The position numbers were made by a program, and so were the translations under genes. Below are positions 52,401 to 64,000 of a stretch of DNA of 64,000 nucleotides, piece by piece. Within the stretch, counting starts at the first letter, position 1. Each line of letters begins with the position of its first letter. The notes under the pieces were generated by a model. It made no database searches. It saw only the letters and a program-made list of their open reading frames with translations, and was not told where the DNA came from. The DNA comes from Yuukianura sp. NJ FZ-2021. Its lineage: Eukaryota. The DNA is taken from NCBI GenBank assembly GCA_046563655.1, contig CM102283.1, positions 7,998,001 to 8,062,000 of the forward strand, written 5' to 3'.

Positions 52401-54297
52401 TGCCGCTAATGTTAACTGGGGGTACAATCACTCAGCCTAAACCTTACTTCAACCCAAAATTCATGTTAAGTTTAGGTTTTAATTTGTGATATTTTTTTGT
52501 GTAGCTCAGCGAAGGCAGAAAGTGTTGAGGCAGAGCAAGACAGATCCAGTAGAGGAGAAGAGCAGGCAGAGGTGCCTCCTGGATATGAAGAGGTTATGAA
52601 GAAGACAGACGGAAGCGGAAATGTCGTGAGTATGAAACCGCTTCCAGCAGCTCGAAGGAAACCATCAGTGGAAGAAGTGGACTATGATTCGTTGTACGAC
52701 AACCAGTCGGATGATGAGTTGGACTCACTGGAGTCTCATGGTTCAGTAATCTCACATCTTCTGTCTCAAGTCAAAATTGGGATGGATCTTACCAAAGTTG
52801 TGCTCCCGACTTTCATTCTGGAGAGAAGGTCCTTACTGGAGATGTACGCTGACTTTTTTGCACATCCAGACATGTTCGTCAATATTACGGATTTCAAGAC
52901 ACCGAAAGACCGAATTGTGGCTGTTCTGAGGTAAACATGAATTATTTTACATGAAGGTCAAGGTCACTCAAGATGAAAGTTTTTTTGATTTAGGTGGTAT
53001 TTAGGTTCGTTTCATGCTGGACGTCGATCTGAAGTGGCCAAGAAGCCTTACAACCCTATTCTTGGAGAAGTGTTTCAGTGCTACTGGGATTTACCAATGA
53101 AAGACTCTACCAAATCCAATATCAACTCTGGTGGTGACCTAGAACATTGTGACATTTCCAGTGCAAAACTACTCCCTTGGGTGGATAATGAAGATGCCGT
53201 GATGTTTTTTGCTGAGCAAGTTTCTCATCATCCCCCAATCTCTGCCTTCTACGCGGAACACCTCGGCAAAAAGATTTCTTTAAATGCACATATTTGGACA
53301 AAGTCTAAATTTTTAGGGCTGTCCATCGGTAAGGCTTTTCTCTTGGTAAGCTTCCATGCTGCTTATTGTACCTTGCCAAACTTCCTCAATTGCTACTCTG
53401 TTTTTTTTTTTGAAAATTTTGAAAACGATAAGATGCACGAATCCTAAGTGTTTGTACTTTTGTTTTCCAGGCGTAATTAATATTGGACATGCCCTGCTTA
53501 CACTTCATTCTCCAGTTCGAGAAGACTATGTACTTGGGTTTCCCAATGGTTATGCTCGATCAATACTCACAACACCTTGGGTAGAGTTAGGAGGCCCTGT
53601 AACCATTTCCTGTACGCAGACTGGGTTCAATGCCACTGTTGAATTCAAGACGAAGCCTTTCTTCAGTGGTGACAAGAACAAGGTCAGCGATTAATCCATT
53701 AGAGACGCTGATTTTTCAGCGTAGAGTGTCTATATTGTAGTAGTTCATACTTTGTATTATGTGAAATTTAGATCTCGGCTCAAGTTTTCAGTCCAGACGA
53801 TAAGAAGAAGCCTTTTCTAACAGTAGAGGGAGAATGGAACGGTCTGATGACAGGAAAGTGGATTGACGGAAGAACTGAAAAGTTTGTGGACGTCAAGCGT
53901 TTGGATATAACTAAAAAACAGGCTCGTCGTGTAGCTGACCAAGAAATATACGAATCACGTCGGATGTGGAAAGAAGTAACAGCGGGCTTAAAGTAAATCC
54001 AAATATTTTATACTTGGATTGTTGAAAATTACGAAACTCTGACACCTTTTTTTCATTTTTAGATTCAGGGACATTGACAAGGCCACTGAAGCCAAGTTCA
54101 AGTTAGAAGAGAAGCAGCGACATGAGGCTCGGCATCGTGGAGAGCGTAAAGAGTCATGGCGACCACGAAAATTCATTCCAGCCGGCGACACTTGGATCTT
54201 TACTGACCCCCTTGAACAAAGACTAAAGCAATTGCAGAAAGGAAGAGCTACGGTAGATGGATCCGGTGCAGGCACGGGACAGGAGTTACCTCGCTAA
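49468..54297 (+). CDS. OSBPL9: Oxysterol-binding protein-related protein 9-like (PH + FFAT-like + ORD)
   Basis: PH domain [27 protein letters not shown]-like [44 protein letters not shown] and the OSBP fingerprint EQVSHHPP. Stop at 54295-54297. Confidence 0.94.
52282..52454. mobile_element. Small inverted-repeat element (MITE-like) in an OSBPL9 intron
   Basis: ~33-bp imperfect TIRs GGTTGAAGTAAGGCCTAGGGTGAGTGATTGTAC ... GTACAATCACTCAGCCTAAACCTTACTTCAACC. Confidence 0.7.
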
Positions 54298-55221
54298 ATT
54301 CAAGTACAAGTTCCACCTAGGAGTGTGGGAGGAGTAACTAATGTTAGAAAAGTCTAATTCTATGTTAATTATTGTAAGTAACTTAAGACAAGGAGCGCAC
54401 ATTACTATTGAAACACCTTCTTGAGTTTACTAATAACAGTTATGTATTAATCTTCCTTGTCTCTCTGAATACCGTAGTTTCAAAGTTAGTAGCTTCAACA
54501 TGTCACCTTATCAGCAGGATTTTTTTCCTCTGTAAGTTCCATTGGCTCTCATATTAAAATCGTATATGGATTATACTAGGCAAATTACACTAATAAAACA
54601 TTTTTGTTGAACTACTGAAGATTTTTTTAAAGTAATTTTCACTGAAAAGTATTTTGAACCTGCAATTATCGGCACCGGAAATGCTGTTCAAGATGGCCAG
54701 TCGCCTCTTTGTCTCTTACAAAAATGTCTCACTTCTACCTTGCATTATTTTCCCGCCTTTTTGCCAAATTTGAATTTGAACAGATTTCAGAGCAAAGCAA
54801 ATCAAACTTTTTTTTTCTCGTTGCCTCTGCCTTGTAAATTAGAACGGGGGTTAGTAATTAAATAATTAAAAAATAGATTTCTTTTCTAAACTATAGTGAT
54901 TCGTCGACCGTTGGTGACACAAATCGCAATAAGACAGCAAGCGATTGACAGTACTACTGGAAAGGTCATCCCCATCTTCGAAAGTAACCAAAAGTAAGTG
55001 AAAACGGGGTACGGCTCTCCGATTTTTTTTCATTTTCAAGAAGCCGGTTGAGGTTAAAAACGATTAATTTCACTAAGCGTAAGTTTACTTTGACATTTCA
55101 GACTGTAGTGTAAACGTGACCGGAGTGATCGGTCAGCGACATCGAACGGGTCCGATTTATACGGACTAGACTGCATGAATGCTTTAGGACGATCCTGAAT
55201 TCATGATTTTGGCAGATCATT

Positions 55222-55911
55222 ATGGGAAAAGCTGCCAGTAAACTGAAAGGAATGGTAGCACGACCGGTAAAGAACTACAACGTTGAAAGTCGTGCTTTCA
55301 AAGTCATTTCGCAAGATAAGCCTACTCCTGCCCCTACGTACCCATCCCTTGAGAAGGTTATGCGTGACATTAAAAATGGTAAGCAATGAAACAAAAACGA
55401 TTTTAAGACGTTTAAAACTAAATCCTCGTCTTTTCTTTGTTGCATTACAGATCCAGATCTTCTGAATAAAGGAAAGTTGACTCCAGAGCAAATTAAGAAT
55501 CTATCTCAAGTCTACGTAACATCAACAGGCGATAATCCAGTACTGAAAACAAAGCAGAAGTTACCCGAAGACCGAGGGACATATGAAAACGTCTACGGAT
55601 TTCAAGAGTCCGTTGTAATTCCGCCTGGGAAGGTTTCCCTTCGACAACTGTTAGCACTTCTACAGAAGCATGAACAGGATAAAAGCAAGTACACAGCAAA
55701 AGTGTTGGCAGAAGAGTACAAGCTAGAAGTTAAAATGACTGAAAACTTGCTAGAATACTTTCGGACGTTTCGTGTTCAAGCAGATAAATCTCACCCTGGA
55801 GCACTCGAAAGGGCCAAAAATTTTGTTACAATGGCAGCCAAGGAACCTTTTATCAAAAGTCCTCCTCCGCGAGCCCCCCGAATAAGCAGTAAGGAAAAGT
55901 CCAAGACATAA
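55222..55911 (+). CDS. NDUFAF4: Complex I assembly factor NDUFAF4
   Basis: MGKAASK...VKNYNVESRAFKVISQDKPTPAPTYPS, then LSQVYVTS and IPPGKVSLRQLLALL...LAEEYKL...LLEYF. Two exons. Confidence 0.88.
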
Positions 55912-56157
55912 GAAAAGTTGAACCATCAACTAAAAGTCATCACTGTAAGCTTTTATGCTTGTGGTTGCAAAATGCAAGAAAAACGAGCGAAAGAATTTGA
56001 CTCATGTTCATGTCTTTAGGCAGGATCTTAGTTGAAAATATTCGAATTTTAGAGTTCGTTGTGTCAGAGATGAATTAAATTAGAAGGAATTTTTAGTATT
56101 TAATTAGTCCCATCTCACTCACGTTATTTTGAATAGATGAGCTGAAGAGCATTGAGG

Positions 56158-58591
56158 TCATGACATTTCCAGGTCTTTGATTTGTTTCAGCAATCCTTCT
56201 AGACCGTCGATCTTCTGTTGTTGATTGACTTCTAATTTCTTTCCAGCCTGTTGGTCCTGTTTGAGCTTTTCAATATCTTTGACTTTCTGTAATATTACAT
56301 AAAACACCTTCGATTAGTGCATCATCTAATGAAAATTTTTATGTAGCTTAGTAATCATATACAAACATCCAGTTACCTTTCTCAGCTTATTAAGCTCTTT
56401 GTCCTTACTATCGTCGACTGAAGCATTTCCACTTGGTTTTCCTTGAGGGGTTTGCTGTGTCTGTGGTTTCGGTTTGGCTGCCATTGGAGCTCCAATGACT
56501 CCAGTTCGCTTATGTACCGGAACATACACTGGGGCTGTCTCACCGCCTTCTGTTAAACCAAAAAAATATCAACATGCAATCTACAGCAAGGATTCTAGAA
56601 AAAGTGAACATAGCCTTACTTTGTGAAACCTTTTCCGTAGTTTTGACAAACTTCGCAAGTTCGTCATCTGGAAACGTTCGTTGTTGTTCGTGAGCCGCAA
56701 AGGAAGTGATTCCAAAAAGATGCTTTTCGGCTTTCCATTCGAACACGGCTTTTCCCATGTAATTCCAAACCTTGTATCCATTGTCAACTTGCATTCTGGG
56801 TGCTGTTGTAGCAGTTATAAAGTGAGTACCATCTGTAATTCAGAAGACTTACAGTTAACATCAATGATGAAGCTAATCTTTACATTTGTAATTGAGTATA
56901 CCATTGAGCCATTCCACTTGAGTTGCATTTTGTGCTTTGAACTTGACTAAACATGTCTTGTGGTCCTTCACCTCCCAAATGTCAATGGTGCCAGGTAAAT
57001 TCCCGAGACCACAAATCAAAACAATGTTCCCTTGTGGATTGAAGTAAATGTCGTTCCGTGCTGCCACTTCATCCTTGAACTTGAAGATTGCGTCGCCCCT
57101 GGAGAACGACATGAAATTAATTTGAACTTTCAATTTACTTGATGTGTTGAGAAATGAATGATTACTTCATGTTGAACAAGGCTACACGTGTATTTGGCAT
57201 TTTTCCCACGATAACACAATACTCCAACGAGTTCGGACTCCACTGACAAGCATGGAGATCGGCTGAAAACAGGAATTGATACGTTAGTGGATAATTTGTC
57301 TCTCCGTGGTTGCAAATTATCACATTGACATTAGGGTTTACTTACTTTGTCCCTCTCCAAATCCATCCATTTGAACTTTGTACCCGCCACCTAGACCAAA
57401 CTAATTTGCATAAAAACTGGGCAGAAATACATTTCTGAAGGTACGGATTCGTAAATACCTTTGACGTCAAGGAACTCTAGAGATGTCTTCCCATAATAGG
57501 ATCCGCCAGTTTTGTCAACATCGGTCATCGTGATGACCAACACTGCGGTTCCTGTCCTATTCCACTTGATGCTCACGCGGTCCGACTGATATGAAGATCT
57601 TTGGCTAATGCGAGTGCTAACATCCGGATACTTGTACATTCGAATGTATGCTGGTTCTTGCTGTTTCCCCCCTTTAAAAATGAACAGTAATCGAGATAAA
57701 TATAGAGTGCACATTACTATTTAGGATTTATAACAATATTGTAAGAATAGGTACCTTACCTTTGATATAACAAACGTATGGAAAGTGGTCTTCGTTGTCA
57801 TCGCTAATTTTTGCACCACCGCCACGTCCAGGAGAAAAACTGTACGTTGAAATCTTCATTTCGTTGGGAGTCATGTTGACTTCTTTATGGAAATCATCTG
57901 TGCTATAAAATAGAATTCTTCCATCATTAGCGAGACGGCCATAAATTTGATCGTTCCAGGAGAATTGAGCCTCAGGTTGTTTAGGAGCTTGCTGAGAAAA
58001 GACCATTTTCGGAGTTAACTTCGACTCTTCCCCGTCGATTGACCAAATCTTAAAGTTTTCAGTGCCTGAGAAAGAAATATCGTTTACGTTGACCGTACAT
58101 GAAAGCATAGTTCATTAATAAAGGTTTTAGAAATCCTAACCTTTGCCTGGGTTTTCCCAAGAAATAAGGAATCGATTCTGTGGAGAAAACTGAGCACTGA
58201 GCATGCGATGTTTGATACTGCAAGTTTGGCTTCCGTCTTCAGTTTTAAAGATGTCTACGCTAAATGGTTAGAAATAATTTTAACATGAAATATATTTTCT
58301 AAATCAAGATTAGCCGTGTAGTGTAGTAGTAGTACATACTGTGATGCTCTCCCAACTGCAAAGTACTTCCCATCACGAGACAGTGTAGTAAATCTCGTTT
58401 CCTCATCAGCTTTCTGTAAGCCATCCCATTGTTTGTACGGTGCTGGACCAACCATTCCGTAAGTACCAAACGATTCCCTCACTGAAATGTCAAAAGAGAC
58501 AAACACTGAGCTTTACGTCAAAGTGTTGGTTAAAGTTAAAACATAACATGGAATACTTACCAACAAATACGCTGTCATTTGTCGTCGCCAT
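56158..58591 (-). CDS. EIF2A: Translation initiation factor eIF2A (WD40 beta-propeller), copy A with canonical C-terminus
   Basis: VRESFGTYGMVGP, FSPQNRFLISWE, WNRTGTAVLV..TDVDKTGGSYYG, FNPQGNIVLICGLGNL, TATTAPRMQVDNG and C-terminal KLRK|KVKDIEKLK..Q.AGKKLEVNQ..KI. Confidence 0.92.
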
Positions 58592-59253
58592 ATTCTTACA
58601 CTAAACTGATGTAACCGTCCGTACCTGCTGAATGTTGAATTATAAAACACATGTTTTCTAATTATGATGATTTTTTGTTCTGTAGTTATTTATATTTTCG
58701 CATTACCCTAGCGTTGAATTCAAAGTTCGTCGTGGTCACTGCTGATCCTAGCGTACATAAAGTTATGACGAGTTTATTAGCATCACTGGACAACTTAATA
58801 GTGAACGTGGAATGGAAATCTTAAATTTTTCTTTTACCGGCGAATTTTTAGAATTTACGTAAAACATAAATTTGTTGTAGTAAGGTTTAACTACCGTTAT
58901 CGTACCCGCTTGGTGTAGCCACTTTATGTAGTGGCTTCAATGGATCGCAACTTATCTACTTATCGTGCCCCTTCAAGCAAAGTTAGTTCAAAGTGGCTAC
59001 AAAAGTTGCCATCAAGCGGTAGAGGGCTATTATAGGCTACAATTTCCAGTTACCAAAGATGTACGGACGGAGTGGTTACACTATGTTGCTACAATGATAG
59101 TTGTGACCCTTTTAAAGTTTACTCACTCCATCGCACATGGGCAAGTACTAATTCATAAAATTTGTATCGATGAATCAATCGTATAGGAAATTACTAATTC
59201 CACACCATAAACTGTAAGTGTATGATTAGAGTTATTAGTGTTATTATAATGTA

Positions 59254-61686
59254 TTAATTGTGATTTTTCCTCAACTCATCTGTGAGTCGGGCATTTTGCT
59301 TCTGAAGGAGATCAATTTTCAGTTCTTGACAATCAGTCTTTACATGGAGCTCCTCGATTTGCTCCTGGCATTTTTCCAGTTTGTTTTCCATAGCGTCAAA
59401 CCCTGCTTCAATTTTTTCATCAATGCTCTTCAATACCTTCATTAAGTCGCTTGTGGAAATGCTTTCTGATCCTTTCGAAGTAGGAATGTAGGCCGAGACT
59501 GAATCACCGCCTGCAATGGTAGTTAGTGATGAAACGATGCAAACTGTTGTGTAGTAATGTTCAAACGTCCCAGAGCAGAGAATTATAATAGTAAACATAC
59601 CTTTCAGCGCAGTGTCTTCCTCGGGACTAAAATGCTTAGCGAGTTTATCGTCTGGAAACGTTCGTTCTTGTTCGTGAGCCGCAAATGAGGTGATTCCAAA
59701 CAGAAGTTTCTTTGCTCTCCACTCAAAAACTTTTTCACCCAAGGAATTCCAAACAGTGAATCCATTGTTGAATTCAACTTCTGGCGCTGTAGTAGCAGTT
59801 ATAAAGTGTGCTCCATCTGTAATTTTCGGAAAGTTACACGTAAGAGAAATCCGTTCGAATTGTCAATAGTGAATGTAAACCGTACCGTTGAGCCATTCCA
59901 CTTGGGTTAGATTGCTCACTTTGATTTTCTTTATACATTCCTTGTATTCCTTCACTTCCCAAATTTCAATCCCGCTGGCTGGTAAGTCAAAAAAACCACA
60001 CAATAAAACAATGTTCCCTTGTGGATTGAAATAAATATGGTTTCGTATTTCCACATCCATGTTGAAGTTGAAAAGCATTTCGCCCCTGCAATAGGAAAAA
60101 TCGTCAGTCTTATAATGAACTTCAATTGACTTGAACAATACGTCAATTTGACTTAGGCTTATTTGAGTTTTGTATATGAATTATAGGATAAGTGAATTTT
60201 TACTTTAGAGTAAACAGTGCTGCATGAGTATGTGGCAGTGCCCCCATGATGACACAAAATTCGTGTGAATTTGGACTCCATTCACAAGCATGTAGTTCGG
60301 CTAAAAAATTAAAGCAAAAAGCCGGATTAACAAACAGTAAATCACTTTTCAATAACTTGTAGGTAGCTGTACTTGCAGTTAACTTACTGTCTCCTGCAAT
60401 GCCGTCCATTCGTACTCGGAATCCATGACCTAAAGTAGGTCAATGTGGTTAAAAAAAGTTTGACTTTTAGCACAATCCATTTCTTAGCGCAAGGATTCGC
60501 AAATAACCTGTAACGTCTAAGAATTCCAGAGCCTTTTTCCTAGAATAGGATCCGCCTGTTTTGTCAACACCGGAAGTTGTTATGACAAGGACTGCTGTTC
60601 CTGTCCTATTCCATTTGAAGTATACACGGTCCGCCTGAAATGAGGATCTTTGAGTAATGGGAGTGCTAACATCCGGATACTTGTACAGTCGAATATAGGT
60701 GGGTTGTTGCAGTTTGTATCCTAGTACAAATAAGCAGTCATTTCATTAGAGACTCCAATTTCAGCATTTTGTAACCGAACAAGCATATGAATGAATACCT
60801 TTTACAAAACAGACATATGGAAATTCATCATAGCGATCATCGATAGCACGTGTACCACCACCATGCCCAGGAGAAAAACTGAACGTTGCAATCTTCATAT
60901 CGTTGGGAGTACCGCAGACTTCGTTGTAAAAATCACCAGTACTATAAAACAGAATTCTTCCATCATCCGAGAGACGGCCAAGAATTCGATCGTTCCAGGA
61001 GAATTGAGCCTCGGGCTGTTTAAGAACGTGTTGGCTGAAAACAAGTTTGGGAGGAGCTCCCTTTCCTCGGCTTCCTGGTTGTCCTTCTCTTTCGATTGAC
61101 CATATGTTATAGTTTTCAGTGCCTTACAAAAAAAGACACTCCTTGAATTTGGCAGTATATCAGAGCAAAGTCGTTCACTTTCGTTTCGAAATACTAACCT
61201 TTTCCCGGATCATCCAAACAAATAAGAAATCGATTTAGAGGAGAAAACTGCACGAGTAGAATGCCGTGATCGATAGTCCAGATTCGACTTCCGTCTTTCG
61301 TTTTCAAAATGTCGACGCTAAATTGTTACAAATGATTTTAATTAACACACAGAAATATACTCAGTCGTAATATTAATATAAGTACACATACTGTGATACT
61401 CTTCCAATAGCGAAGTACTTCCCATCCTGAGATAGTGTAGTAAATCTCGTTTCCTCAGCAGCTTTTTGTAATCCATCCCATTGTTTGAACGGTGGTGGAC
61501 CAACCATTCCGTAAGTACCAAACGATTCCCTCACTAAAAAAAAAGCCGTATTATTACGAAGACATCGATAATCACGAATTATTATTTTTTTAAAATGCAT
61601 CCCAATCCAAGCGACATACGACATATCCATACTACATACTACACTTTGCACTTACCCACGAATACACTTTTTGTTTCTGTTGCCAT
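59254..61686 (-). CDS. EIF2A: eIF2A tandem paralog, copy B, diverged with a different C-terminal coiled coil
   Basis: Same exon structure and high similarity to copy A through the propeller. Motifs are altered (SYYG>SYSR, GLGNL>GFFDL, APRMQ>APEVE), and the last exon is unrelated to the eIF2A C-terminus. Confidence 0.85.
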
Positions 61687-61941
61687 ATTCGTACTCGACT
61701 ACACCAATGTAGCTGAAGAATGAAAACCCAAGTTTAAATTCAGTCCCTCGATTAACTGCTTGTTAGATTACCGTAAGCAACTTGTCAAATAAAAGTAATA
61801 TGATTTTATGTTTATCCTCAACAACAAAGATCCGAGTGAGTGGGTGAGGTGCTGTGATTCAGGGTTGCTATAGCAACGGTAGTTTTGCTTTAAGGTTCAC
61901 CACTCTAGCTGTGATTAGTGATTTGATTAGTACTACTGAGG

Positions 61942-61995
61942 TACAGTGCCCAATTAATTAGTAACAGAGTTACAGTGCCCAATTAATTAGTAACC
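61942..61995. repeat. 24-bp direct repeat TACAGTGCCCAATTAATTAGTAAC x2
   Basis: Exact copies at 61942-61965 and 61972-61995 in the divergent promoter between eIF2A-B and the ATP6AP2-like gene. Confidence 0.8.
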
Positions 61996-62519
61996 GTACC
62001 CAAAACAAGAAACTACTGAAAAGAATGCCGAACAGCTGATGCTGGACAACGATTAAATATTAGAAGCTGTTTTAAATTACAAAAGTTTCCCGCCTTTATG
62101 ATTTGTGTCATTGTGTCTCAATATGAATGTTCTGCTTTTGGCGGAATTTATGCACTAAAATTTATTCTACTACGCGCCGTATTCAAATATCAAACCAAAT
62201 GTCCCCACCCTAAATTTCACCATCTTGATCTTATTGGTCCATTACGTTAATTGACAACTTAACTACTAATTAATTAATTAAAAACTCCTCCATCTCGTTG
62301 TGGCTGGAATCTGCTTGTCGTTGTTGATTCAACTCTTATCATCTGTTCTGGAATCCGGATATTGCTATACACGGTAAACAGCTGACTAAAAGATAATCCT
62401 TTGCAATTTCAATCCGCACTTTAAATGAAGAGAATTTAATTTTGAATTTATTAGTTTCACCAACTACGATTGGACGCTAGTTGAAACCTGTTCTCTACTC
62501 GGATTGCTACTGTGGAACC

Positions 62520-63032
62520 ATGAAATTCCTCCATTTTGTTTTGATTCTGGTCATCTTCGTAACAGGATTTCAGAATTCAGTATCAGCTGATTCATTAGTA
62601 AATGTTGACCGTGTTGCTCGGCAAGCTCCAGCTACCGAAGCTGCAGTGGAACCAAAACCTGCAGCAGTTCCTCAAGCCAAGAAGATGTCTTGGGAGAAAG
62701 CGGTACACTTGAGTTTTTTTTTTATTTTCAACGTTTGAAAGTCGTAATCCTTGCTCTTTTCTGTATCGTAGAAACAGCAATACAACTTGGCAGATCCTGT
62801 GAATGAAGACTACCCAGTAATTTTCAATATGATTTTATTCATCGCTGTTGCATTAGTTCTCGCACTGATAGCCATTTCCGGTAAGCATAGAACATTTGCA
62901 ATTATTATAAATTAACCCCAAACGTTTACTGGATGCTTTTTCCTCATAGTTTCAATCGCTACAATGGATCCAGGAAGGGATTCTCTCATTTATAGAGTAA
63001 CATCAGGACAAAAGGCCAAGAAGGACAACTAA
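62520..63032 (+). CDS. ATP6AP2: Miniature (pro)renin receptor / V-ATPase accessory protein ATP6AP2-like, 124 aa
   Basis: Exons 62520-62702, 62772-62880 and 62950-63032 encode signal peptide, RVAR, YNLADPVNEDYPVIFNMILFIAVALVLALIAIS|VSIATMDPGRDSLIYRVT..KKDN*, matching the conserved ATP6AP2 C-terminal signature. Confidence 0.88.
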
Positions 63033-63504
63033 TTCAAGGTTTTCAAGGGTTTGAAAGCCTACCGACATATGATCAGATATTAGCTTCGCATCTATCCTAC
63101 TAAAAAAGTAGTTAACTTTGCTCATCTAGTCTTGTTTAGTTTATCATTTGAGCACATACAGAGTCGGCAAGTTTCTACTCAAATTCCAACAAATTCTTCC
63201 TTCTTCCTCATAATGTTCCCAACCACGTCATAGCATAGCTGAATCAGAAATACACATTCCAACGGTTCTAGGTTCAATTTGTAATTTATCGTAGTAAAAT
63301 AGTAAGTTGAGAGAAATACAAAGTTTTTACAAAACAATACTTTATTAGCATCACCAATATTTACAAGTCATTTCCCAGGAAGAAATTGATAATAACTTAA
63401 TTTCCCCTGTTTCCACCCCGAAAATCCTGAATTCCCGTCTAGAATTTTTAATTTAAGAAAATACTACACCTTTTGGTAAATGATGAATGTTTAGTGCAGA
63501 AATT

Positions 63505-64000
63505 TTAGTGAGAGTAGGCAAAGTTGGGGCCTTGGTAGTTGAAGGAATAGGCTGCTGGATGGGCAGCGGTGTAAGTCGTTTTAACAACAGGGGTAGCAAC
63601 ATGTTTCACTGCTGGAACAGCCACTGGAACACGGGCAACTGCTGGTACGTGATGTTTGAACAGAGCTGGTTGTTGAACAATTTTACGGTGAATCTTGGTT
63701 GCAGGTTCCTGGACTTCAATTTCCTGGACAGTTTCAATTGGTCGAGTCACTACAATACGTCTCGTGGTGATTCGTTCTCCTCCCTGAAGTTGTGGATCTC
63801 CAAGAGCATCGGCTACCTAAACTCACCAAGTTTCGTAAAATCTCAACAATCTTTACCAAATTTTTCGAAAATTTCCGATTTCTAAAATTTTTCTGATGTT
63901 ACCTGCAGGACTGAAGCAGAATCGGCTGGGGATCCATCTTTGTTCAGGATTTCCGTGACAGTGCCGCCCTTGGCAGTGAGCAGTTCCAAAAGTCGGTTTT
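63505..64000 (-). CDS. 3' part of a Val/Pro/Ala/His-rich cuticle-like protein (5' end outside window)
   Basis: ...SASVLQ|VADALGD...RRIVVTRPIETVQEIEVQEP...HHVPAVARVPVAVPAVKHVATPVVKTTYTAAHPAAYSFNY..*. The composition is typical of arthropod cuticular proteins; no R&R motif is visible. Confidence 0.55.

Noticed and set aside
7748-63032. Apparent 'renin-angiotensin' cluster (AGTRAP, PREP, ATP6AP2)
   Set aside because: The link comes only from vertebrate gene names. The genes are scattered among unrelated housekeeping genes and nothing in the sequence shows co-regulation.

Overview
This is eukaryotic, AT-rich, gene-dense DNA with many short (~55-120 nt) GT-AG introns, so the ORF track shows only exon fragments. 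The gene content is animal/arthropod-like; a springtail-type hexapod is my inference and is not proven. Spliced gene models, in order: a CYP2-clan P450 (partial), QRSL1/GatA head-to-head with RTN4IP1, AGTRAP, prolyl oligopeptidase 1, two orphan 2-TM genes, a 25-bp minisatellite, three copies of an intron-containing secreted M64 (IgA-peptidase-type) metallopeptidase (two intact in tandem, one inverted pseudogene), a 600-bp foldback/MITE, VPS52, a secreted acidic/cationic protein, prolyl oligopeptidase 2, PAF1, COG2, OSBPL9, NDUFAF4, two tandem eIF2A paralogs, a miniature ATP6AP2-like gene and a partial cuticle-like gene. The most notable observations are five: (1) the M64 family, typical of bacteria and fungi, present as an expanded intron-rich family in an animal (candidate HGT); (2) an ATP6AP2-like gene of only 124 aa encoding essentially just the M8-9 fragment; (3) overlapping ATGs that may give both a 208-aa orphan protein and the QRSL1 leader from one exon; (4) a candidate antimicrobial-peptide precursor; (5) a diverged eIF2A duplicate with a replaced C-terminus. 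All family calls come from motif recognition by eye; no database searches were run.
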